Positions 27,348 through 35,277 of a stretch of DNA of 64,000 nt are shown piece by piece. Position 1 is the stretch's first letter. The number at the start of each line of letters is the position of its first letter. Source of the DNA: Actinomycetes bacterium (GTDB taxonomy: Bacteria > Actinomycetota > Thermoleophilia > RBG-16-64-13); the NCBI GenBank assembly GCA_024637095.1, contig JAGXFV010000048.1, positions 2,629-66,628 on the forward strand, written 5' to 3'. Both the position numbers and the translations under genes were made by a program. The notes under the pieces were generated by a model. It searched no databases, had not been told where the DNA came from, and was given only the letters and a program-made list of their open reading frames with translations.

Positions 27348-27426
27348 GGACCGAGGCTGCCTGTTTGCCGCCCTGCCGTGCTGGCGAGAACGATGGGGCG
27401 AATTAGTCGGGACTGGAGGGAGCAAA

Positions 27427-28380
27427 GTGTCTGAGCGGGAGATTATCGATATGGCCGTTATCGGCGGCGGTCCCGCCGGCCTGACCGCGGCTCTCTACGG
27501 CGCCCGGGCCCGCGCCAAGACCGTGGTGTTCGAGAAGGGGCTTCCCGGCGGCCAGATCATCACCACCGAGTGGGTGGAGAATTACCCCGGCTTTCCCACA
27601 GGCATCGCGGGACCGGATCTGGGCCAACTGTTCCACGAGCAGGCGGAGAAGTTTGGCGCCGAGTTTCGCAACTTCTCCGAGGTGGAGAGCATCCGCGAGG
27701 AGGGTCTGGACTTCGTGGTGACCGTGGCGGGTGATGAACTGATGGCCCGCGCGGTCATTGTTTCCACCGGCGCGGTGCCCAAGAAGTTGGGTATTCCCGG
27801 CGAAGCCGAGTTCACCGGCCGGGGAGTTTCCTGGTGCGCCACCTGCGACGGCGCCCTCTACCGGGACAAGCGGGTCTGCGTGATCGGCGGGGGAGACGCC
27901 GCCCTGCAGGAAGCTCTGTTTCTGTCAAAGTTCGCCTCCGAGGTGCACCTGATTCACCGCCGCGACGAGTTCCGGGCGACGGAGTGCATCCAGGAGTACT
28001 GCCACGACGATAGCAAGATCCAGATGCACATGAGCCGGATCCCTACGGAGATCGCGGGCGAAGACGGCAAGGTGGCCGGTGTCCGCCTGATCTCGACAGA
28101 GGAGGCCAGGAGGGGCGAGGAGGAGTTACTGCCCCTGGACGGCGTCTTCATCTTCATCGGAGTCGATCCGGTCAACGAACTCATGCTCGACCTGGTGGAA
28201 CTCGACGACTGGGGCTTCGTGATAACCGACAACATCGGACGCACTTCGGTTCCCGGGCTCTACGCCGCAGGCGACCTGACCAATCGGGAGCCCAAGCAGG
28301 TGGTGACCGCGGCGGGGCAGGGCGCCGCCGCCGCCTTCGAAGCCCTCCGCTTCATCGACACCAAGGTGTGCGCCATCTGA
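27427..28380 (+). CDS. trxB: Thioredoxin-disulfide reductase
   Basis: GGGPAG, CATCDG, GGGDAALQE, HRRDEFRA, GLYAAGD; GTG 27427 after GGAGG. Confidence 0.94.
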   Translation: MSEREIIDMAVIGGGPAGLTAALYGARARAKTVVFEKGLPGGQIITTEWVENYPGFPTGIAGPDLGQLFHEQAEKFGAEFRNFSEVESIREEGLDFVVTVAGDELMARAVIVSTGAVPKKLGIPGEAEFTGRGVSWCATCDGALYRDKRVCVIGGGDAALQEALFLSKFASEVHLIHRRDEFRATECIQEYCHDDSKIQMHMSRIPTEIAGEDGKVAGVRLISTEEARRGEEELLPLDGVFIFIGVDPVNELMLDLVELDDWGFVITDNIGRTSVPGLYAAGDLTNREPKQVVTAAGQGAAAAFEALRFIDTKVCAI

Positions 28381-28403
28381 ATTAGGTGTGCGCCACCTGA
28401 ATT
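28364..28403 (+). repeat. 20-bp tandem duplication of the trxB 3' end
   Basis: aggtgtgcgccatctgaatt / aggtgtgcgccacctgaatt (1 mismatch). Confidence 0.85.
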
Positions 28404-28470
28404 GCGGCCCGCCCGGGCCGCGACCGCCGAGGCCGCGAGCTGAGACTGCGATCAGCCGAGGCCTCCCGGC

Positions 28471-29307
28471 CTATGGTCCGGTTAGCTCCAATTTGGACTC
28501 GACCACCGGCGAAGCGGGCTCCGAAGTTGCAAGCCGGGCCTGGGCGTCGTAGGTTCCCGGCTCGAGTCCATTTAGTTCGTCGCTGCGCACGATGGGGATC
28601 GATCTGTCCGGTTCCAGGATGACGTCCTCGATTGCCTGGACGAACGCGCGGCCCGCGCTCCAGCGATAGGCCTCCTCCTCGGTTCCTTCCTTGTAGAGCA
28701 CGACCTCTATGCGCTGGCCGCTCGAAAAATTGAGAGTCAGCGGTTCTGCCCCGACATTCGTCACCTCGAACACCCAATGAACGGTTTTGCCCAGGGCCGG
28801 CCGAGGGGGTGAAGCCATGAAACTCAACCGCATGGCCCCGTCACCGACCGCGACGGAACGAGGCGCCTCACTCACGGTGAACACCTCTCCGTCGAGTGAC
28901 CCCTCGAGGGCGATGGGGAAATCGGTCCAGGCCACGTCGCTATCGGGAGCGCGGGACAATCCCGTCACCCGATCCATCTCGAGGCCCTCGACACTCACCG
29001 AAGGGCCGCCGCACTGGGGCGGATACGATTCGGCCAGACCATCGCACAGCCGGATGCCGTCAGCGGTGGAGATCAGGAAGCCCATCAGGTTGTACCGGCC
29101 GGGCTTGTCTCGATCCAGAGCTTCGGCCACCGACCGAGGATAGGCACCGGCATCCACATCGGCGTCGATGGATTCGGTCGGCGGTTCTGCCGTGTCTTCG
29201 GCGCACCCCGCGAACAAGATCAAGCCGGCTATCAACAAGACGAGCCCGGCCAGGGTAGCGGGCAGACCTCTCCGCCCGGTCGCACGATAGGCACACCGCC
29301 TGCTCAT
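28471..29307 (-). CDS. Lipoprotein with C-terminal BsuPI (proteinase-inhibitor-like) domain
   Basis: Lipobox FAGC; C-terminal VTNVGAEPLTLNFSSGQRIEVVL...YRWSAGRAFVQA. Confidence 0.7.
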   Translation of the reverse strand: MSRRCAYRATGRRGLPATLAGLVLLIAGLILFAGCAEDTAEPPTESIDADVDAGAYPRSVAEALDRDKPGRYNLMGFLISTADGIRLCDGLAESYPPQCGGPSVSVEGLEMDRVTGLSRAPDSDVAWTDFPIALEGSLDGEVFTVSEAPRSVAVGDGAMRLSFMASPPRPALGKTVHWVFEVTNVGAEPLTLNFSSGQRIEVVLYKEGTEEEAYRWSAGRAFVQAIEDVILEPDRSIPIVRSDELNGLEPGTYDAQARLATSEPASPVVESKLELTGP

Positions 29308-29327
29308 TCGGACATTCTCCGAGTTCT

Positions 29328-29660
29328 CTAGAAAGGCATGCGCTCAGGGGGGCGGCGCTCGGGGATCGATTCAGAGGGAGCTTCCCTCTCGTTCCACTCT
29401 TGGCTGACGTAGAGACTGCAGAAGCAGGTGCCGTACTCCTCGACGTCCGGCGCACGGTACCAACAGGGGCAGATGATGTCGCGGTCGGCCTCCCGGTCGC
29501 CGGCAGCCAGGCGGCAGGGGCAGGCCATGTAGCCGTAGCGCTCCTTGTTCACCAGCAGCGCCTCCAGCAGGAAGTCGACCCGCCCCCGGTCGCGGTTGAA
29601 GTAGTAGCCCTTGGGCTCGTTCACCTTGCGCAGGCGTTCGTATAGCTCATCCAGGTTCAT
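29328..29660 (-). CDS. Ferredoxin:thioredoxin reductase catalytic-subunit-like protein
   Basis: YGYMACPCR, DIICPC, GTCFCSLYV; ATG 29660 overlaps the glutaredoxin stop. Confidence 0.9.
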   Translation of the reverse strand: MNLDELYERLRKVNEPKGYYFNRDRGRVDFLLEALLVNKERYGYMACPCRLAAGDREADRDIICPCWYRAPDVEEYGTCFCSLYVSQEWNEREAPSESIPERRPPERMPF

Positions 29661-29917
29661 TGCAGCTCCAGCGCCTCGCGGATCGCCTGCTCTTTGAATC
29701 CCACGATCACCACATCGCTGTCGATCACGATGGTGGGGAAGGAGAGGCTGGGATTGGCCTCGCGCACCTGTGCCACGATCCGGTCGCGTTCTTCGCCTTC
29801 GGTCAGATCGACCTCGACGCAATCGTATTGGACGCCGCTGTCGTCGAGCAGCTCTCTCGCGTTGCGGCAATGACTGCAGGTACTGAGTGCGTAGACCGTG
29901 ACTTGATGATCCGACAT
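29657..29917 (-). CDS. Glutaredoxin/NrdH-like redoxin
   Basis: YALSTCSHC, SFPTIVI, VGFK; GGAGGAG RBS before ATG 29917. Confidence 0.88.
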   Translation of the reverse strand: MSDHQVTVYALSTCSHCRNARELLDDSGVQYDCVEVDLTEGEERDRIVAQVREANPSLSFPTIVIDSDVVIVGFKEQAIREALELQ

Positions 29918-29952
29918 CGTGCTCCTCCCAGGTTCTCTGCGTCTGTTGGCTC

Positions 29953-30735
29953 TTACGGAAAGCGTACCCGGTTCTCCGGTTGGGCGAATTCGCCACCCTG
30001 GGCGTCGGGAGCCGAGTCCCTGAAGGTGTCGAAATCGAAGGGCCCTGCTCCGTAGTAGGCATCCCACTCAGCCGCCGCCGCCCAGGTGAACCCCCCGGAC
30101 AACTCGTCCAGCGAATCCAGGGGGAATTCGACAAGGAGCCGGTTCCCTTCAACCGTGGGCTGAGTGGCAAAGGTGAACTGTTCGCCCGTGCCCATCTCGA
30201 AGGCACCCACCGTGTAACCGTCCCCGCGGAGCGTGACCTCCAGCAGGTAGAGCGGCTCCTCGCCCTGCCAGGTCTGAATCTGCCACAACAGGGCGTTGGA
30301 AGCGCCGGCCTCTCCCTCTCCCGCATTGGTCGGTACCGCCTCGGCATGGTCGAAGGCGGCGAAGAGCGAGGTGCCGCCGGCGGGCCCAACAAGGCTGACC
30401 GCGGTGAGATCTGCCAGGGGCGCCTGTGCGGGACCCTGAGCCTCCGACAGAGGCAGGGCGTCTCCCGTTGGGTCTTCCACCGCGGCCCTCTCAGCGTCCT
30501 CGAGCTGTTCCAGATCCAGGGTGGTGGCGGTGTCGGCGGTGTCGGCGGTTCTCACGGCTTCCTCGCTCGCAGGCGTGGAGTTGGCGCCGGTTTCCTCGGT
30601 CATAAGTTGGATGCCGGTGGAAGCGGTCTCTTCTCCGCTGCGGGCGGCCGGGGCGGTTGCCGGCCCGGAGTCTCCGTCGCACCCGATGGTTGCCAGAGCG
30701 AGGAGAACCAACGCGGCCGCGACGAATGAGCGCAT
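29953..30735 (-). CDS. Putative lipoprotein, hypothetical
   Basis: MRSFVAAALVLLALATIGC lipobox, acidic linker, beta-rich C-terminal domain. Confidence 0.7.
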   Translation of the reverse strand: MRSFVAAALVLLALATIGCDGDSGPATAPAARSGEETASTGIQLMTEETGANSTPASEEAVRTADTADTATTLDLEQLEDAERAAVEDPTGDALPLSEAQGPAQAPLADLTAVSLVGPAGGTSLFAAFDHAEAVPTNAGEGEAGASNALLWQIQTWQGEEPLYLLEVTLRGDGYTVGAFEMGTGEQFTFATQPTVEGNRLLVEFPLDSLDELSGGFTWAAAAEWDAYYGAGPFDFDTFRDSAPDAQGGEFAQPENRVRFP

Positions 30736-30885
30736 TGAAAGTGACCGGCGAAACATCTTGAACGCCTTCCCTGCGGGCATCCTCGGCAAACGAGTCGGAG
30801 GCAGGAAAAGGGGCAGCCGCCCGAAAAAGTGACATACTGAAGCATCCTAGAGACAGCAAGTCGAAAGTTGGAGGGTCCGCTCCGG

Positions 30886-32793
30886 ATGAAACACGGCGAC
30901 GCGGGTGAACGCAGGCTCTGTGCGGGACTCGCGCCAAGTGGTTTGCGATCCATCGCCGTGGTTTTGCTCGCCCTTTCGGCTCTTGCCGTCCTCTTTTCCT
31001 CGGCCTCCGCAGCCGCGTCTCCGCCCGACCCGTCCGCCGTGGATCGCGCGAATCTGCCGGGTTCTTCGGATGTCGTTCTGCGGTTGGAACCGGGCACGCC
31101 GGCCGAGGCGGTCACCCGCATGGTTCCCGGAGCGCGGGTGGTGGACAGGATTCCTCAAATCAACGCCTACCGGGTGCGCCTGCCGGAGCAGTCTGACCCG
31201 TCGTTCCGACCCGAGGGATGGTCGTCCGAAAAGCTACCCGAGAACGCCCGGGGACTTGGTAGGCAAAAGGGGGTGCGCTCGGTGGAGACGCTCCACTCCT
31301 TTCGCACCAGCGAACCCGCCGCCGGCTATTATCCCGCAGAGGCCTACTATCCCGCGGACGCCGACTGGTGGGTGGGGGTGATCGGCGCGCCCGAGGTTTG
31401 GGGGCGTCCCGAAGCGGTGCTCGCCCCTATCGTAGCGGTGGTCGACACCGGATTCGACGTCGACCTGCTGGACTTTCGCGGAAGGATCACGGGTGCCCGA
31501 AATTTCACCAACGTCGGGGCGCGGACGGACGTCGACGATGTCGATCACCACGGCACCAGAGTGGCCGCGATCATCGCGGCCGAGGGCGGCAACAATTTCG
31601 GCATCGCCGGGGTCAACTGGCAGGTCCGTCTGATGCCCCTCAAAGCTGGCAGTAACGGCGCTCTTTACTCATTTGACGCGGCGAAGGCCATCGTCCACGC
31701 CGCGGATAGCGGAGCCCGGGTGATCAACCTGAGTTGGGGCTTCCATACCAGTCCGAGCCAGGTGCCGGAGGTGGCGGACGCCCTCTCTTATGCCCGAGCG
31801 GCGGGGGCTCTCGCGGTGGCCGCGGCGGGTAACATCGACAGCGCCGAGGGAGAGCTGGCTCAGACCGGAGTCATGTATCCGGCCAGCGACCCCAACGCCC
31901 TCGCGGTCGGCTCGGTGACGCGGCAACTGGTCCGCAGTTCCTTCTCCTGCTTCGGCCCCCAGATCGATCTGATGGCACCTGGGGGAGGGGATCCGCTGGA
32001 CGATTACATCGAGACGCTGGACGCCGGAGGTTTCTACCGCGCGGCGCGAGGGACTTCCTTCTCCACCCCAATGGTCAGCGGCGCGGCCTCTCTGCTCCTC
32101 TCGGCCCGTCCCGGCCTGACCCCTCAGCAACTCACCGAAATCCTGATGTCCACGGCCGTAGACCTGGGCCTCGAAGGCCGCGACAACGAGTACGGGGCCG
32201 GCTTGGTGGACGCCGGCGCAGCGTTTGAGGCGGCTCTGACTGTGACTCCCGAGTTCTCCGACGTCGGGCCGCACACCCTGTACGAGGAACAGATACTGGA
32301 GCTTGCCGAGGGGGGGATAGTGCAGGGTTTCCTGGATGGAAGCTTCCGCCCGGAAGAAAAGGTGATGCGTCAGCAGTTCGCCAAGATGGTCACTTTGACC
32401 CTGGGTGTGCACACCCCGGAGATCGATCTCCTGGGAGACCCGACCTTCGCCGACGTCGGCTACCACGGCGATCCTTATCCATATGACTTTGTCGAGGAGG
32501 CGGCCGAGGCCGGTATAGTCATTGGCTATACGGACGGCAGTTTCGGTCCTTACAATTCCGTGACCAGGGCGCAGCTGATCACCATGGTTGCCCGCGCGGC
32601 CAATTTGCCCCCCGCTCCCGCCGATTACCAGCCGCCATTTCCGGTATTCGACCAGGTGCATTACCCGTGGGCGAGGACGGCGACGGCTGCGGGCCTGCTC
32701 GAAGGGCTGGCCGGAGTGGGCGATGGTTATGACTTCTACGCTCCGGCCTCCCGGGGTGAGGTCTGTGCTCTTCTCTTCAACCTGCTCGAGTAG
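30886..32793 (+). CDS. Secreted S8 subtilisin-like protease with C-terminal SLH domains
   Basis: Catalytic triad VVDTG / HHGTRVA / GTSFSTP, oxyanion AAAGN; SLH repeats FSDV...GIVQGFLDGSFRPEE.V.RQQFA and VIGYTDGSFGP...TRAQ. Confidence 0.9.
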   Translation: MKHGDAGERRLCAGLAPSGLRSIAVVLLALSALAVLFSSASAAASPPDPSAVDRANLPGSSDVVLRLEPGTPAEAVTRMVPGARVVDRIPQINAYRVRLPEQSDPSFRPEGWSSEKLPENARGLGRQKGVRSVETLHSFRTSEPAAGYYPAEAYYPADADWWVGVIGAPEVWGRPEAVLAPIVAVVDTGFDVDLLDFRGRITGARNFTNVGARTDVDDVDHHGTRVAAIIAAEGGNNFGIAGVNWQVRLMPLKAGSNGALYSFDAAKAIVHAADSGARVINLSWGFHTSPSQVPEVADALSYARAAGALAVAAAGNIDSAEGELAQTGVMYPASDPNALAVGSVTRQLVRSSFSCFGPQIDLMAPGGGDPLDDYIETLDAGGFYRAARGTSFSTPMVSGAASLLLSARPGLTPQQLTEILMSTAVDLGLEGRDNEYGAGLVDAGAAFEAALTVTPEFSDVGPHTLYEEQILELAEGGIVQGFLDGSFRPEEKVMRQQFAKMVTLTLGVHTPEIDLLGDPTFADVGYHGDPYPYDFVEEAAEAGIVIGYTDGSFGPYNSVTRAQLITMVARAANLPPAPADYQPPFPVFDQVHYPWARTATAAGLLEGLAGVGDGYDFYAPASRGEVCALLFNLLE

Positions 32794-32847
32794 CCTGAGC
32801 GCGTGGCCACGGGCGGTGTCCCGGCGGCATTGGGCTAGTTCGCCCGC

Positions 32848-33606
32848 GTGAGAGTCTGGGACATAAGCCCGGGATACCTGAATCGGCAGAGCCTGCTGGG
32901 AGAGCATCGTGAGGTCCACGCTCTGTTGGTGATCCTGTCGGAAGGCCGTGCCGGTTACGCCAATCACCCAGAGACGCGCAGGTGGCGGGGACATCTTCCC
33001 GCGCTTATGGTTCGGCATACCTGGTTGGCCGAGGAGATGGGCCTTCGAGGCTATCGGGAGCGGAGTCCCGTGCCGGAGTCGGCGATTGCCGCAGAGGCGG
33101 ATCTCACCCCCGATCCGGCCCCCGATCCGGTGGATTTCCCCTCATACGTGACCCTGCCTGGAGAGCAGTTCGCTCTTCTGCGGGGCAAGTACGAAGGCCG
33201 CGAGGCCGGCCGCATTCCTCTGCCCGGCAGTGCACAGCAGCTTTGGGCGCAGCACAAGTACTCGGTGATGGCCCGGGACGTACAGCAGTATCGCGAGGTG
33301 GGCAGGGCTCTGGCCCGTCCTGATTCTCCACCGGATGTGGTCTTCGCCGACATGGTCGCGCGCCTGGTGGCAATCCTGCGTGAGCCGGCGACGCCGGGCG
33401 GGGTCCAAAACGCCTTGGAGCATCTCTGGGGCTACGTTGCTGACCATGTGCCGCCCGAACTGCGCGAGCGCCGGGCGGTCTTACTCCGGGACGAACCCCG
33501 CGTGCTGCTTGCCGCGATCTGGGCTGAGGCCGTGCGGCAGGAGATCGGCTACCTGCTGACCTCGACCGTGTTCAGCGACCTGTTGCTGCCGCAGAGGGGC
33601 GCGTAG
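32848..33606 (+). CDS. Pyrimidine-dimer DNA glycosylase (T4 EndoV-like) fused to DUF1722/YbgA-like domain
   Basis: MRVWD..P.YL.RQSLLGEHRE, NHPET.RW, EM..RGY; C-terminal WAQHKYSVMARD, NALEHLWGY, YLLTS. Confidence 0.75.
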   Translation: MRVWDISPGYLNRQSLLGEHREVHALLVILSEGRAGYANHPETRRWRGHLPALMVRHTWLAEEMGLRGYRERSPVPESAIAAEADLTPDPAPDPVDFPSYVTLPGEQFALLRGKYEGREAGRIPLPGSAQQLWAQHKYSVMARDVQQYREVGRALARPDSPPDVVFADMVARLVAILREPATPGGVQNALEHLWGYVADHVPPELRERRAVLLRDEPRVLLAAIWAEAVRQEIGYLLTSTVFSDLLLPQRGA

Positions 33607-33642
33607 CCGAAAGCCGCCACCTGGAGTGCGTGCCGCATGCCG

Positions 33643-35172
33643 TCACCAGTCGAGCAGGCGGCGGTTGCCTTCCAGACTGCGGGCCTCGGTCAGGTCCTGA
33701 ACGACCTCCAGCACTCCGCGATAGGCGCCCTCATCGTCTCGGATGGCGAAGTAGCGGATGTAGATGAACCGGCCCTCCAACTGAATCCAGAACTCGGCCA
33801 CGTTCTTGGTGCCGGCCTTGAATTCCTCGACGATCTGGCGGACAACGTGGACCGATTTGGGTGGATGGCAATTCTCCACGTTCCGGCCGATGATCGCGGG
33901 GCTGCGCGGGAAGACGCGCTCGCCCTCGGAGTAGTAGCGGACTTCGTCGTTTTCGTCCACGTAGGTGAGGTCGAAGGGCAGGTTGCGCAGCAGCAGGTCG
34001 ATGCGCTCGGCCGGGATCGCACCGGTGGTCAGAGGAAGCAGAGCGCCCTCGCCACCTTGCGCCCGTGAGGCCGGCCGCGCGGCCTCGGCCGCGGGTGCTT
34101 CTCCGCGTGGTTGGATCCAAGCGTAGCCTATGTGCTCTTCGCCGGCCCTCACCTGGGCCCACTCCTCGTCGCTGAGTTGCTCCAGGCTGACGGGGAAGAG
34201 GATCTTTTCCTCCTTGTAGGCCATGTCCTCGATCATGCTCAGGAGCTCGGGGAGCTCGGCGCGGACTCTGTCGACGTCGTCGGCGGCGAGCGCCTCCCCG
34301 GCCTGCTTCAGCCTAGTCCGGATGTCGTCGTGGATGCCCCACATGACCTGGGTCGGGCCGGAGACTCCGTGCCGCTCGAGCAGCGGGAAGAGTTGATTCT
34401 CTTTGCGAAGGTAATGTGTGTTCACCTCGCGCAGGCGCTCCAGATACTCGCTGATTTCCCGCAAGGTCTGATCGTTCGGGTCTCCGCCGGCAGCCATTCC
34501 GTCCAGACAGCAGCGCAGGGAGGAAGTGAGCTCGGCCACCACCTCGTTCTCGCGCCCGAAGGTGTCGATCGGATGTCCCGGCGGGAGTTCCTCGCCTTCA
34601 GGCAAGTTCTCCAGCGATTCCTTGAAAACGCTGACGTGGACGTCGCAAAGGCCCTGGATATCCTCGGCGGGCATGCCTTCGGCGATGAGGGCCTGCTCCA
34701 TGGCCGCGATCTCACCGGGCTCGACCTCCCGGATCAACTCGGCGAAGCGTGCCTTGAGCTGCTCTTGGTCGGCTCCCGCGTGGAGATCGCGAATGATCTC
34801 CTTGAGGACTTCCTGTCTGCGGGTGTCGCCCACGGGTTCTCCGGCTCCCGCGAATGCGGCGGCCCCGGCGGACGCTCCGCCCGCCATGTCGGCGAAGACG
34901 CCCTCGGACACCGGCGGATGGGGCGGGGCCTTCTGCTCTAACCCGCCCAGCTCGCGTCTTTCCACCTCGGCCTTGAGGTCGGAAACCAGTTTGGAGACAG
35001 GCACGTCGGCCATTTCGGCCGCGGCTTCCAGGCTGGCCACGCGGGTCAGGGTGGCGCGCAGCACGGGGTTCTTAAGCTTCTGAAACTCGGTATCGTACGC
35101 CACCAGGAAGTCGAGGAGGTAGGGATACTCCTCGAGCAGGCCGTGGATCTTCGTATCAGAAGTGATCTCCAT
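33643..35172 (-). CDS. DUF438 family protein (DUF1858-DUF438-hemerythrin-PAS_10)
   Basis: EIAAMEQALIAEG, LCDVH, PGHPIDTF.REN, HYLRKENQLFP, MWGIHD, KEEKILFP; PAS with LTYVDE.D.VRYYS and NCHPPKS. Confidence 0.88.
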   Translation of the reverse strand: MEITSDTKIHGLLEEYPYLLDFLVAYDTEFQKLKNPVLRATLTRVASLEAAAEMADVPVSKLVSDLKAEVERRELGGLEQKAPPHPPVSEGVFADMAGGASAGAAAFAGAGEPVGDTRRQEVLKEIIRDLHAGADQEQLKARFAELIREVEPGEIAAMEQALIAEGMPAEDIQGLCDVHVSVFKESLENLPEGEELPPGHPIDTFGRENEVVAELTSSLRCCLDGMAAGGDPNDQTLREISEYLERLREVNTHYLRKENQLFPLLERHGVSGPTQVMWGIHDDIRTRLKQAGEALAADDVDRVRAELPELLSMIEDMAYKEEKILFPVSLEQLSDEEWAQVRAGEEHIGYAWIQPRGEAPAAEAARPASRAQGGEGALLPLTTGAIPAERIDLLLRNLPFDLTYVDENDEVRYYSEGERVFPRSPAIIGRNVENCHPPKSVHVVRQIVEEFKAGTKNVAEFWIQLEGRFIYIRYFAIRDDEGAYRGVLEVVQDLTEARSLEGNRRLLDW

Positions 35173-35277
35173 CTGAGGGTTCCTTCCCTTCCGCTCCGGC
35201 GGGATTTCGTGGGTGCTGAATACCCGCTGGAGCGTTACCGTACTCGGCAGGCCCCCGACCGGGGCTCAGATCTAGCC

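Noticed and set aside
28378-28445. Sec readthrough of the trxB TGA (VCAI-stop)
   Set aside because: Downstream sequence is the duplicated gene end, with no Cys/Sec-Gly tail or GU-loop hairpin at suitable spacing.
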